Source: Candidatus Sumerlaeia bacterium
GTDB lineage: Bacteria > Sumerlaeota > Sumerlaeia > SLMS01 > JAHLLQ01
NCBI GenBank assembly: GCA_028284075.1
Contig: JANQSL010000070.1
Coordinates: 41,480-105,479, forward strand
Direction: 5' to 3'
Length of the DNA stretch: 64,000 bases
The notes under the pieces were generated by a model. It was given only the letters and a program-made list of their open reading frames with translations. It was not told where the DNA came from and made no database searches. A program made the position numbers and the translations under genes. Of this stretch, positions 17,711-27,860 are shown piece after piece (position 1 is the stretch's first letter; every line of letters begins with the position of its first letter).

Positions 17711-18535
17711 TTAGTTGAAGATTGTCCAGTCGGTAACGGATGCATTGCCGGAGTAGAACAATGCGGTATCCGAAGGGCTCAGAACATCGATCTCTGCAAT
17801 GAAGGGCGAGGTCACGGCTTCAATACCAATTAAATCGTTCAAGGCGCTTCGATAATCAGACCCGAAGCCTGAAGGCCAGACAGAGATTCGTATATTGGTT
17901 ACAGAGGAGGCGAGAGTCGTGCTCGTGTCATCGCTAATGACCACAGCAACGGCGAAATCGCCAGCAACGATAGACGAGCCGGGAGATTCGGAATCATCGA
18001 GAAAATCCAGGAAATCCGGTCCAACCCCTTGTGGCGGCTGGTATGCAAGAATCTCATTAAAATTCGACCCATTGTCGGTGCTGATCTCGACACTGATCGG
18101 AGCCAGACCGCGAACATCGGGAGTTCCACCATTCCAGTTATAGGCATAGCTGACGACAGAACCCACGTCAGTGGCGCTTGGGAAGTCGACCTGGAAAATG
18201 GCGCTTGGAACGGATGGGTTGCCGACATCTTCGCTGAAATCCGCAGGCAGATTTGCCGGATATGCAACACTGTCCACTCCGTCAAAAAAAACTGCAGGAG
18301 AGATGAGGCCTGAGAAATCATGAACTGATCGACCGCTGGTTTCAGAGAGAACCACCCCGCCACCCTGGGCGAGGTCGGTGTTGGAAGGGGCGGGTACGAC
18401 CGACAGATCGCCAAAGGCCGTCGAAGAGCTGTCAGAACCGGTTGTTCCCCCGTCCACCAGTACAATGGCCGGAGCCGAGAAGGCGGCGGTGGCGACCAGA
18501 CCGAACCCAAACGTGATCAAAGTGCATTTCTTCAT
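17711..18535 (-). CDS. secreted hypothetical protein (274 aa), S/D/G-rich
   Basis: ATG with AAGGA RBS. Signal peptide MKKCTLITFGFGLVATAAFSAPA. No family recognised. Confidence 0.5.
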   Translation of the reverse strand: MKKCTLITFGFGLVATAAFSAPAIVLVDGGTTGSDSSSTAFGDLSVVPAPSNTDLAQGGGVVLSETSGRSVHDFSGLISPAVFFDGVDSVAYPANLPADFSEDVGNPSVPSAIFQVDFPSATDVGSVVSYAYNWNGGTPDVRGLAPISVEISTDNGSNFNEILAYQPPQGVGPDFLDFLDDSESPGSSIVAGDFAVAVVISDDTSTTLASSVTNIRISVWPSGFGSDYRSALNDLIGIEAVTSPFIAEIDVLSPSDTALFYSGNASVTDWTIFN

Positions 18536-18800
18536 GAGCTGGAAATCCTTTCTCCCAAGAGAGAATAGCTGTGAATTGGCACACTCTGTTTAGAGTGAAC
18601 ACAGTAACCGGTAACGAAGATTATTGTCCCTGTAAAGCGGTTTTTTGAAGCACTCCAATTAGACTGTAAAATAGGTCTTTTAGTGATCTTCAACTTCACG
18701 GATTAACTGGTTGTCATATCTCTTATTACGGTACCAATAACCATAGAATTCTCAATCGGTTGCGTTTCAATTAATCCAGACGAAAAGCTGAAGCTTTAAG

Positions 18801-18810
18801 TGTGTATAAT
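18801..18810 (+). promoter_or_regulatory. extended -10-like element (TGTGTATAAT) in an AT-rich divergent intergenic region
   Basis: TGnTATAAT match read directly, ~170 nt upstream of the ggt start. The surrounding 18600-18850 is markedly AT-rich relative to the window. Confidence 0.25.
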
Positions 18811-18983
18811 GAGTACCACGTTTTGATCCAGGGCTGTCCTGGCGGCTCTCTTTGAGCCCTGTTCACAGTGCCTCCACCCTTCCGGAAAGGGAGTCTTGTG
18901 TCTGCTGTTGTGCCACGGTGGGGGGTCTTGTCCTTCTGGGTAACAGGATGGAAACATCTGATGAATTTCAGGGAGAGTCCTTG

Positions 18984-20726
18984 ATGATTCGCTGGATTGG
19001 TTTTTTTGCGGTGACTTGCGCATTATCGATGATGGGGTGCGCATCACGAAGCATGAGAACACAGGAGCAGCTCGCGCTGAATCCTCCCGGGGTGGTGGCG
19101 GCTGCCCATCCGCTGGCGGCGGAGACGGGAGTGGAAATTCTTGAAGCCGGTGGCAATGCCATCGATGCGGCTGTGGCGACTGCGTTTGCGCTGAATGTTG
19201 TCGAGCCTTTTGCAAGCGGGATAGGTGGCGGGGGCTTTTTGCTCTATTACGATGCCGTGACTGGAAAGGTCAGCGTCAGGGATTTCCGAGAAAAAGCACC
19301 TGCCGACCTGTCTCCGCATCATTATCGGGTTAAGGGCGTATCCGAGTCGTCAACAATGCATAGCGGTGGAATGGCTGTTGCCGTGCCAGGCATGGCGAGA
19401 GGTTTGCTCGCGATGCACGCAGAGCACGGGCGCTTGTCCCGCGAGCGGGTTCTCGGCCCCGCAATTAAGCATGCAGAGAGCGGCTTCGAAGTCAGCCCGA
19501 CACTTGCCGGAATCCTGGCCAGCAAAGCCGACTTGCTTAAGAAAGACAAAACAGCCTCGAGCATTTTTCTTGTGGACGGCGGGGCTCCGTACAAACCGGG
19601 TGACATACTTGTTCAGAGAGATCTCTCGGCAACGCTCAGAGCCATTGCCATACAAGGTGAGTCGGCCGTTTACGGGCCGGACATGGCACATCATATTGCG
19701 GACGCTGTTCGTGTTCGAGGTGGGATTCTCAAGGCATCGGACATTACCGGTTATTCCTTCGTGGATCGAGAACCGGTACCCGGATCCTATCGTGGATACG
19801 ACCTGGTCACGATTGGCCCGCCGAGTTCCGGCGGACTCACGTTGTTGATGACGCTCTCTGTTCTTGATCGATTCGACGTCCAGAAGATGAGCCCTGAAGA
19901 TCCGGTCTATCTTGCGCTATTTGCAGAGGCATTCGCGGCGGCTCAGACCGCCTGCGACCGGGTTGTGGCCGATCCATCCTTTGCAGGCACAGGTACGCAG
20001 ACTTCGAAACTCCTGTCCGATGCATGGATTGATCGAACGGTTGCTGATATTCGCAGCCGTCTTGGCAATGCTCTTGCCGGGGCACCCGTGGCGGGCCGCG
20101 CGGAAATTGCGAAGGTTTCCTCCGATCTTTCACGCTTTCCAGGCAACACGACGCATTTCTCGGTCATCGATGCGGACGGAAACATGGTTGCTCTGACCCA
20201 GACAATTAACTACTGGTTCGGTTCCGGTGTCGTGGTTCCGGGAACAGGCATCGTTCTGAACAATGAGATGTATGACTTCAGTTTTGAGGAAGGATCCGTC
20301 AATCTTCCAGAGCCCGGCAAGCGGCCACGCTCCAGCATCTCTCCATTGATTATTTTGCAGGACGGGAAGCCGGTGGCTGCAATTGGAACACCGGGCGGCC
20401 GCCGTATTCCTTCAGCTTTGGCTCAGATTGTTGTTCGGTGCATTGACTTCGATCAGGATTTACAAAGCGCTATTGATGCTCCACGCGTTCATATCAACGG
20501 TTCCGATCATGTGTTTTCCCACGAGTCTCGTATTCCCACAGAGACAATTCGGAAGGTGGCGGGAATTCTTGGAGAAGAATGGTCTTTTCGCGAGCGCAAT
20601 GCGATGGATGCTTATTTCGGCGGAGCTCAGGGCATTTGGCTTGGCAGGGATTCAGATAAACCGGTTTCGGTTTACGGCGGGGCGGATCCCCGGCGTGACG
20701 GTGCAGTGGCGCGAGTTGGCCACTGA
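18984..20726 (+). CDS. ggt: gamma-glutamyltranspeptidase
   Basis: GGT family signatures: nucleophile region TTHFSVIDADGNMVALTQTIN, also GSGVVVPGTGIVLNNEM. Start placed at the ATG giving the signal peptide MIRWIGFFAVTCALSMMGC. In-frame alternative ATG at 18948 or TTG at 18852. Confidence 0.85.
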   Translation: MIRWIGFFAVTCALSMMGCASRSMRTQEQLALNPPGVVAAAHPLAAETGVEILEAGGNAIDAAVATAFALNVVEPFASGIGGGGFLLYYDAVTGKVSVRDFREKAPADLSPHHYRVKGVSESSTMHSGGMAVAVPGMARGLLAMHAEHGRLSRERVLGPAIKHAESGFEVSPTLAGILASKADLLKKDKTASSIFLVDGGAPYKPGDILVQRDLSATLRAIAIQGESAVYGPDMAHHIADAVRVRGGILKASDITGYSFVDREPVPGSYRGYDLVTIGPPSSGGLTLLMTLSVLDRFDVQKMSPEDPVYLALFAEAFAAAQTACDRVVADPSFAGTGTQTSKLLSDAWIDRTVADIRSRLGNALAGAPVAGRAEIAKVSSDLSRFPGNTTHFSVIDADGNMVALTQTINYWFGSGVVVPGTGIVLNNEMYDFSFEEGSVNLPEPGKRPRSSISPLIILQDGKPVAAIGTPGGRRIPSALAQIVVRCIDFDQDLQSAIDAPRVHINGSDHVFSHESRIPTETIRKVAGILGEEWSFRERNAMDAYFGGAQGIWLGRDSDKPVSVYGGADPRRDGAVARVGH

Positions 20727-20759
20727 TGCGAACCACGTTCACGCCGGGACCTTTTCCGT

Positions 20760-22190
20760 CTATCGTGTTGGCATCCATTCCCGGTGAGCATGAGGTTTGG
20801 GGTACATGCGGTCCATTGTTCCGTCCGCGAGGGCCTTTTGATACTCGCGCCATGTCAGGTGAGGGACAGTTGCCTTTTCATCTTCCACCATATCAATGCA
20901 TCCGGTCACGGGACAAACGAGGCTGCAGAGATTGCAGCCCACACAGGTTTCTTCGTTTACCTTGTAGACATTGACAGTGCCATCTCCCAGGCCCGGCAAA
21001 GTGCGAACCCCACCACTTGTTGTGAATTTTTTCTTCGATCCGTTTTCCAGGGCGTGCCCCTGTGATTTTTCGTATTCCTCGATAGACGTCGGAAAGATAT
21101 CGATGGACTGATGAGCGCCGTCCTCGCATGCGCTGTAGCACAGCCCGCAGTTGATGCACTTGTCCTGATCGATGCGTGCAACGACCTGATAGCCCAGGTC
21201 AAGGTCCGCCCAGTTTCCAACGCGGGGAACGGAGGCACCGATGAAGTCGTCGAGCCTCGTGAAGCCCTTTTCCATCATCCAATGCTGCAGCCCGGAAATC
21301 ATCTGCTCGACGATTCGGAAGCCGTAATGCATGGCGGCGGTGCAAACCTGGGTGGTGCTTGCACCCAGCAGCATGTGCTCCACAGCGTCCTGCCAGGCCT
21401 GAATACCTCCGATTCCGCTGATAGGGAGGTGGATTTCAGGATCTGCCGCGATAGACTGAACCATATTCAACGCGATGGGCTTGACCGCCGGCCCGCAATA
21501 GCCGCCATGGGAACCCCGGCCGTTGACATGTGGAAGCGGATTGAATGTGTCGAGGTTAATACCCATGATGGAATTGATGGTATTGATCAGCGATAATCCG
21601 TCCGCACCTCCGCGGCGCGCGGCGCGGCCAACGGTAGTGACATCGGTGATGTTGGGAGTCAGTTTGACAAGAACAGGCGTTGTTGCGACTTCCTTTACCC
21701 AGGCCGTGATCATTTCGGCATACTCCGGAACCTGACCGACAGCGGAACCCATTCCGCGTTCGCTCATGCCGTGGGGGCAGCCGAAGTTCAGTTCGAGTCC
21801 GTCCACACCCACGTCTTCCACTTGCTTGACGATATCGTGCCATGCTTCACGATTACTTTCCACCATTAACGATGCAATGACGGCATGGTTTGGAAACTCC
21901 TTCTTCACCTCCGCCATCTCGCGGATGTTTTCCTCCAGAGGACGATCGGTGATGAGTTCGATATTGTTGAATCCCGCCACTTTTCGCCCGTCGTAGTCGA
22001 ATGCGCCGTACCGGGATGACACGTTGATGATCGGGTCGTGAGTCAGCGTCTTCCAGACGACGCCTCCCCAGCCGGCTTCGAAGGCGCGGCAGGCCTGATA
22101 GCCGGTATTGGTAGGAGGACCGCTTGCAAGCCAGAACGGATTGGGTGATTTAATGCCGGCGGTATTGGCGGAGAGATCGGGCTTTTTCAT
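20760..22190 (-). CDS. preA: NAD-dependent dihydropyrimidine dehydrogenase subunit PreA (DHOD-like FMN domain + 2x4Fe-4S)
   Basis: DHPD/DHOD-like TIM barrel (NFGCPHGM) with a C-terminal CxxCxxCxxxCP ferredoxin pair. Overlaps the preT stop. Confidence 0.8.
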   Translation of the reverse strand: MKKPDLSANTAGIKSPNPFWLASGPPTNTGYQACRAFEAGWGGVVWKTLTHDPIINVSSRYGAFDYDGRKVAGFNNIELITDRPLEENIREMAEVKKEFPNHAVIASLMVESNREAWHDIVKQVEDVGVDGLELNFGCPHGMSERGMGSAVGQVPEYAEMITAWVKEVATTPVLVKLTPNITDVTTVGRAARRGGADGLSLINTINSIMGINLDTFNPLPHVNGRGSHGGYCGPAVKPIALNMVQSIAADPEIHLPISGIGGIQAWQDAVEHMLLGASTTQVCTAAMHYGFRIVEQMISGLQHWMMEKGFTRLDDFIGASVPRVGNWADLDLGYQVVARIDQDKCINCGLCYSACEDGAHQSIDIFPTSIEEYEKSQGHALENGSKKKFTTSGGVRTLPGLGDGTVNVYKVNEETCVGCNLCSLVCPVTGCIDMVEDEKATVPHLTWREYQKALADGTMDRMYPKPHAHREWMPTR

Positions 22191-23560
22191 GCGCTGGCTC
22201 CCTTCTGATCCAGATAACTGTCGATGCTTCGCGCGGCCAGCTTGCCATCCTGTACCGCATTGACGATTTCCTTGCCTTTGCTCGTACAGTCACCTCCGGC
22301 AAACAGGCCCGGGAGGCTGGTCGCAAATGAATGAGGGTCGACCTGCAGCCCCTTGCGGCCCACCTCAACTCCCTCGATACTGCCAAGAAGTTCGAGAACG
22401 GGTGATTGTCCCAGAGCTTTGATTGCCATGTCGCAGGGTACGACAAATTCGCTTCCGGGTATACTTTCAAGTTTGGCTGATCGTCCGTTTCCGCCTTCTT
22501 CCACAAGGCGGGTTCGAATGAACCTCACACCTGAGAGAGTGCCGTTCTCCTCGAGGAACTCCACGGGCTGGGCATACCATTCGAACTGAACACCATCCTG
22601 CTTGCCGAGTTCATATTCATAGTTATAGGCGGATTTTTCGGCGGGGGAGCGGCGATAGGCGATTGTGACTTTTGAGGCGCCCAGACGGACGGCGCCGGTA
22701 GCGGCATCGATGGCGGTATTACCACAGCCAATCACGATCACCTGGTTGCCAACGGGACATTCAAAATAAGGTCTCTGGTGCATCTGATAAATGAGAGCGA
22801 GTGCTTCATGAACCCCCTGGACGTCTTCGCCGGGAAGGTTCAGGCGCTGGGTTACCCCGAGACCGACACCAAGGAACACAGCGTCATACTCCGCGAGAAG
22901 TGTGCGCAGCCTGTCAGCATCGACAGGTGAGCTGAGGTGAAGGTCGATGCCCATGGCAAGAATCGGCTGAATTTCACGAAGCGACGTCTCGCGGTCGAGT
23001 TTGTAGGGAGCGATACCAAGTGTATTGAGGCCTCCGGGGACATCGCGTGCCTCGAAGACGGTCGCTTCGTGACCCAGACGGCGAAGCTCGTGTGCACAGG
23101 ACAAGCCAGCCGGGCCGCTGCCTACAATCGCGACTCTCCGACCGGTTGACTTACCGGGCTCGAAGAAGCTTAGCTTGCGATCGAGTGCATAGTCCGTCGC
23201 GTAGCGCTGCAGGCGGCCGATTTCGATCGGTACACCGGCGCGTGCCTGGTCGACACAGGCACCCTCACAAAGCACTTCGGTCGGACAGGCACGTGCACAG
23301 GCTCCGCCAAAGATATTTGCATCGAGTATCGTTTCCGCCGCACCGGATACATTGTCGTGCAGTATCTGGCGGATGAAGCGGGGAACATCGATGTGGGTCG
23401 GACAGGCACGGGTGCAGGGAGCGTCGTAACAGTAGAGGCACTTGCCCGCCTCCGCCACAGCTTCGTCATGCGTGTAGTTCGGGTGGATATCAGCGAAGTT
23501 ACTCTGAAGCTCTTCGGGGCTGAGTCTGGTTTTTTGCATCATGAATCCTCGTTGGCTCAA
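22187..23560 (-). CDS. preT: NAD-dependent dihydropyrimidine dehydrogenase subunit PreT (GltD-like)
   Basis: N-terminal 4Fe-4S motifs (CLYCYDAPCTRACP) plus FAD/NAD Rossmann folds (VAIVGSGPAGLSCA; IVIGCGNTAIDAA). Confidence 0.8.
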   Translation of the reverse strand: MSQRGFMMQKTRLSPEELQSNFADIHPNYTHDEAVAEAGKCLYCYDAPCTRACPTHIDVPRFIRQILHDNVSGAAETILDANIFGGACARACPTEVLCEGACVDQARAGVPIEIGRLQRYATDYALDRKLSFFEPGKSTGRRVAIVGSGPAGLSCAHELRRLGHEATVFEARDVPGGLNTLGIAPYKLDRETSLREIQPILAMGIDLHLSSPVDADRLRTLLAEYDAVFLGVGLGVTQRLNLPGEDVQGVHEALALIYQMHQRPYFECPVGNQVIVIGCGNTAIDAATGAVRLGASKVTIAYRRSPAEKSAYNYEYELGKQDGVQFEWYAQPVEFLEENGTLSGVRFIRTRLVEEGGNGRSAKLESIPGSEFVVPCDMAIKALGQSPVLELLGSIEGVEVGRKGLQVDPHSFATSLPGLFAGGDCTSKGKEIVNAVQDGKLAARSIDSYLDQKGASA

Positions 23561-25032
23561 CTCATCCAGTTGGATTTGTTGCGGTCAGACCATTTTGTTG
23601 TGATTTTTTTTGTCTTTGTCCAGAAATCGAAGCTGCCGTGACCCGTGAGATCTCCTTCACCAAAGGAGCTTTCATTCCATCCGCCGAAGGGGAACGGCTC
23701 GCGGGGAACGGGCACGCCAATGTTGACGCCGATCATGCCCGCACTGGCGCGTTCACTGAAGTAGTTCGCAACTTCACCGGAAGATGTGTAAATCGCGGCT
23801 GCGTTCCCGTAGGGGTTGGAGTTTTCCATTGCGATTGCTTCATCAAGTGACTCGCAACGAACCACCGTCAGTGTTGGTCCGAAGATCTCGTCGCAACAGA
23901 CTTCATGGTCGATGCGTGCGTTATCGAAGAGGGTTGGACCAAGGAAGTTACCGTTGGAAGATGCGGAGGCGTCGATTGAGCCGCGACCGTCCACCGCGAG
24001 CTCCACTCCTCCGCTCTTGCAACGCTCAATGTAACCAACGATTCGATTATGAGCGTCTCTGCTAATCAATGCGCCGATATCGCGGCCTGCTTTCATGGTT
24101 GAGAAACGCTTCTTGATTTCCTCGAGAATCGGCTCGGAACCCTTAACGGCAAGAAGAACGGAGGCTGCCATACAGCGCTGCCCCGCGCAGCCGGTGGCGG
24201 AAGCGACAACGTTTGTTGCCGTCATCTCAGGATCGGCATCCGGCATCACAACGAGATGATTCTTTGCACCGCCGAGAGCTTTGACTCGTTTGCCGGCTTG
24301 CGAGGATCGTTCATACACCGTTTTCGCAACACCGGTCGATCCAACGAATCCGACAGCGGAAATGTCCTTGTGATCGCAGATTGCCTCAACAACCTCCCGG
24401 CCGCCGTTAACAACTGAAAGAACGCCTTTTGGAAGCCCCGCTTCCTCAAAGAGCTCCGCAAGCTTCATGGCGGAAAGCGGCGTTTGCTCGGAGGGCTTGA
24501 GCACAAGCGCGTTTCCCGAGGCAATGGCTACTGGCGCCATCCACAAAGGGACCATCAGCGGAAAATTGAATGGCGTGATCGCGGCAACGATTCCGAGTGG
24601 ATAACGAAGCATTTTGCATTCCACGCCACGCGAAACCTCCATGGCCTGGCCAGCGGAAATCTGCGGGAGACTCGAGGCAAACTCAATGCATTCGACTCCG
24701 CGCAGCAACTCTCCGCGAGACTCTCCGGGAGTTTTTCCGTTCTCCGACGTAATAAGTTCCGCCAGTTCATCAACACGATCTTCGATGATTGCCTTGAGGC
24801 GGAACATGACCTGAACACGGTCCTTAAGGGCAACCGCAGCCCACTGCTTCTGAGGCTCCAGAGATGCCTGCACCGCCGCATCAACCGCGGAAGCTGTTGA
24901 GAGTGGGACCTGAGCTATGATTTCACCAGTCGCCGGGTTTGTGACGGGAAGTTGCGGCACAGAATCAGTGGGTACAACACTTCCACCAATATAGTTACCC
25001 AGAGATGCCGGGGCGATATCCTGAATACTCAT
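23557..25032 (-). CDS. mmsA: CoA-acylating methylmalonate/malonate-semialdehyde dehydrogenase
   Basis: ALDH family with an MMSDH-like N-terminus (NYIGGSVVPTDS...NPATGEII) and catalytic Cys region GQRCMA. Confidence 0.8.
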   Translation of the reverse strand: MSIQDIAPASLGNYIGGSVVPTDSVPQLPVTNPATGEIIAQVPLSTASAVDAAVQASLEPQKQWAAVALKDRVQVMFRLKAIIEDRVDELAELITSENGKTPGESRGELLRGVECIEFASSLPQISAGQAMEVSRGVECKMLRYPLGIVAAITPFNFPLMVPLWMAPVAIASGNALVLKPSEQTPLSAMKLAELFEEAGLPKGVLSVVNGGREVVEAICDHKDISAVGFVGSTGVAKTVYERSSQAGKRVKALGGAKNHLVVMPDADPEMTATNVVASATGCAGQRCMAASVLLAVKGSEPILEEIKKRFSTMKAGRDIGALISRDAHNRIVGYIERCKSGGVELAVDGRGSIDASASSNGNFLGPTLFDNARIDHEVCCDEIFGPTLTVVRCESLDEAIAMENSNPYGNAAAIYTSSGEVANYFSERASAGMIGVNIGVPVPREPFPFGGWNESSFGEGDLTGHGSFDFWTKTKKITTKWSDRNKSNWMS

Positions 25033-25062
25033 ATGGGAACTCCTTTGCTAACAGGTTCTTTA

Positions 25063-26472
25063 TCAGGTCCCGAGACCTGCACTTTTTCGCTGAAGCCACT
25101 GACCGCGACCCGCGGATCCCGTGACCTTGTAGTCATCAACAATCACTTCGCCACGACTGAGAGTCGTGCGTGAAAAACCGGCGAGTTCCATCCCGGAGTA
25201 AGGGCTCCAGTCCGCGTTCGTTTCCATTTTCCGGTGGTCGACTTTGGTTTTCCTTGTGGGATGGATAATCGCAAGGTCTGCGTCCGCACCAACCATAATG
25301 GCACCTTTGCGGGGAGCCAGTCCCATGATCTTTGCAGGATTGGCACAGAGCTTTTCCACCAGTTGTTCCATCGTGATTTTCTTCTTCAATACGCCGAAGG
25401 TGTATACTGTCGGCAAGAGCGTCTCGAGGCCCGGCATTCCCATGGGAATCTTTGTCCAGTCGCCTTTCCACATTGCTTTCTGCTTCTTTGTGAACGTGCA
25501 TGTATCGGTGGAAACAACGGAGACCTCTCCGTCAGCAAGACCTCTCCAGAGCCGCTCAATATCGGCCTTCTTCTTCAACTGAGGGCAGCATGCAAACAAG
25601 TGTCCATCCTTACGCTTGAAGACGGAATCATCCAGGACAAGGTATTGAGCACACGTTTCAGCGATAACCGGAACGTTGCGTGCCTGTGCATCCTTGATGA
25701 TATCAGTTCCTTCACCCGTGGACATGTGAACGATATACAGCGAGCCTCCCGTGACTTCGCACCATTTGACGGCTCGCTGGATAGCTTCCGCCTCAATATA
25801 ATTCGGGCGGGTGATTGCATGAAGCTGACTCTTGTATTTCTTCATGAGTGCGGGTCTGTGATAGCGCGCGATCAATTCGTCGAGCACGCGGGACGACTCC
25901 GCATGGACGAGGAGCATGGCGTCGAGATCCCGCATGGACTCAAGAGTCCCAAAGAGGGCCCGGTCATCTGATTGCCAGCCCTCACTCTCATAGATCATGA
26001 ATTCCTTGAATGTCGAAAATCCGCGATCAACCATGCCCTTGATCTGGTTCTTGTGGGTATCCCAGTTGGTGATACACATGTGGAAGGTGTAGTCGATGAG
26101 CGCCTTGCCCTCCGCTTTCTTGTGCCAGTTGTCAGCGGCCTGGGAGAGCGACTCGTACTTGCCGTTTTTGCTACGGTAGGGAATGGCAAAGTCGATCAGG
26201 GTGGTCACACCGCCTCGCGCACCTGCTCGAGTCCCGGAACGATAGTCGTCCGAGGAAACTGTTCCACAGAACGGAAGCTCCAGGTGCACATGGACATCCA
26301 GGACACCGGGCATGACATAGTGCCCGGAGGCGTTGATGATTTCATCGGCATCCCTTCCAAGGTTCTCGGCGATTGACGAAATTTTTTCACCCCGAATTCC
26401 GACATCAGCCTTCACGATACCGGTGGGAGTGACGACTCTGCCGTTCTTGATAATTTTGTTGAATGCTGCCAT
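25063..26472 (-). CDS. dihydropyrimidinase (D-hydantoinase)
   Basis: Cyclic amidohydrolase motifs PGVLDVHVHLE. Start moved to the ATG encoding MAAFNKIIKNGRVV, verified in sequence. The tracked ORF has a 51-aa extension. Confidence 0.85.
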   Translation of the reverse strand: MAAFNKIIKNGRVVTPTGIVKADVGIRGEKISSIAENLGRDADEIINASGHYVMPGVLDVHVHLELPFCGTVSSDDYRSGTRAGARGGVTTLIDFAIPYRSKNGKYESLSQAADNWHKKAEGKALIDYTFHMCITNWDTHKNQIKGMVDRGFSTFKEFMIYESEGWQSDDRALFGTLESMRDLDAMLLVHAESSRVLDELIARYHRPALMKKYKSQLHAITRPNYIEAEAIQRAVKWCEVTGGSLYIVHMSTGEGTDIIKDAQARNVPVIAETCAQYLVLDDSVFKRKDGHLFACCPQLKKKADIERLWRGLADGEVSVVSTDTCTFTKKQKAMWKGDWTKIPMGMPGLETLLPTVYTFGVLKKKITMEQLVEKLCANPAKIMGLAPRKGAIMVGADADLAIIHPTRKTKVDHRKMETNADWSPYSGMELAGFSRTTLSRGEVIVDDYKVTGSAGRGQWLQRKSAGLGT

Positions 26473-26494
26473 ACCCGTTCTCTCCTGTGGTGTT

Positions 26495-27853
26495 TCAAAT
26501 GTTCGTGATGCAATGATCGAGGGCCGCGATCGCGTAGTCGACATCCTGCTTCGTGATGCAGAGGGGTGGCTTGATACGCAGTATATTGCCATAGAGGCCG
26601 CCCTTGCCCGCAAGGACGCCAACATCTTTCAGCCCTTCATGAATTGCCGCGGTTTCATCTTTCGCGGGCTCCTTCGTCCTGCGGTCCCGCACAAATTCCA
26701 TTCCAAGCATCAATCCCATCCCGCGGACATCTCCAATAAGGTTGTGTTTTTCCTGGAGACGCTTCATCTCAGCAAGGAAGTGGCTTCCGGTCTCGAGCGC
26801 GTTTTGCTGCAGCTTCTCTTCGTCAATCACCTCAAGGACTCCAAGCGCCGCCGCCGTACTGACGGGGTTGCCGCCGAATGTGTTGACATGAAGTTTCTGG
26901 CGCATGACATCGGCGATTTCCTTGCGCGTGACAACCGCGGCAATGGGGGCGCCGTTTCCAAGGCTCTTTGCCATGGTCACGATATCGGGCATCACGTCAA
27001 AGTTCTCGAAGCCCCAGTAATGATGACCGGTTCTTCCAAAGCCCGTCTGGACTTCGTCGGCGATGCACAGAGCGCCATGTTCACGTGCTACGGCATAAGC
27101 GGCACCGAGGTACTCTTTTGCGCCATGCGTTGTGCCTCCAACGCCCTGGATCGGCTCCGCAATGAAGGCGGCGAGCCTTGCGGATGTGGAAAACCGGATG
27201 AGGTCACGAAGATCGTCGACACTTTTTTGAGCCACCTCGGACGGCGTTCCGTCGAAAAGACTGCGATAGGGATCGGGGCATGCCGCGTGAAAGATGTGAT
27301 CGCCGGGTGCTGCCGCGTACTTCCAGGTATGGTGTGATGTGAGCCCAAAGGTGATTCCACTCGCTCCGTGGTAGCAGTTTCTCAGCGCCACCACGTCGCG
27401 GCTGCCTGTATAAAGCCGCGCCATGAGAATTGCCAGATCGTTGGCCTCGCTGCCGCTGTTGGTGAAATAAGCGACTTCAAGGTCACCGGGAAGCTTTGCC
27501 GCCAGTTTTTTTCCCAGTTCGGTCACGTTCGGGTTCAGGTAAATGGTTGTTGTGTGCTGTAGCCGCCCCACCTGGTCCTGGACACGTTTCGCAATTGCGG
27601 GATGACAGTGGCCGCAGGAGACGCTGACGATACCGGCAAACAGATCGAGATACCGGCGACCTGTCTCATCAAACAGGTATTGCATCCAACCGTCCGTGAT
27701 CATGACGGGGTTCTTGTAGTAAGTGATGAGACCGGGGCTCAGGTAGGTCTGGCGATCACGAAGTACATCATCCCGTGACGGGCCGCCATAGGGCTTTGGT
27801 GCGAACTCACAGGGAGGCAGAGGGATGTCGAGGGGGGCCAGGGTGGTGGACAT
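26495..27853 (-). CDS. class-III aminotransferase (beta-alanine/3-aminoisobutyrate:pyruvate aminotransferase-like, AGXT2 type)
   Basis: PLP class-III fold (GIVSVSCGHCHP; ADEVQTGFGRTG). Start at the verified ATG encoding MSTTLAPLD. Sits inside the pyrimidine-catabolic operon. Confidence 0.75.
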   Translation of the reverse strand: MSTTLAPLDIPLPPCEFAPKPYGGPSRDDVLRDRQTYLSPGLITYYKNPVMITDGWMQYLFDETGRRYLDLFAGIVSVSCGHCHPAIAKRVQDQVGRLQHTTTIYLNPNVTELGKKLAAKLPGDLEVAYFTNSGSEANDLAILMARLYTGSRDVVALRNCYHGASGITFGLTSHHTWKYAAAPGDHIFHAACPDPYRSLFDGTPSEVAQKSVDDLRDLIRFSTSARLAAFIAEPIQGVGGTTHGAKEYLGAAYAVAREHGALCIADEVQTGFGRTGHHYWGFENFDVMPDIVTMAKSLGNGAPIAAVVTRKEIADVMRQKLHVNTFGGNPVSTAAALGVLEVIDEEKLQQNALETGSHFLAEMKRLQEKHNLIGDVRGMGLMLGMEFVRDRRTKEPAKDETAAIHEGLKDVGVLAGKGGLYGNILRIKPPLCITKQDVDYAIAALDHCITNI

Positions 27854-27860
27854 GTCGATG

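Noticed and set aside
17536-17745. 70-aa N-terminal extension of the typA ORF in the six-frame track
   Set aside because: The extension is Pro/Ala-rich and lacks homology. The conserved G1 motif begins right after the internal ATG (MISPDKIRN), which I verified in the sequence. The extension also overlaps the terminator of the upstream gene.
20726-20760. Looked for a terminator between convergent ggt and preA
   Set aside because: The 34-bp spacer shows no convincing stem-loop or U-tract, so none is reported.
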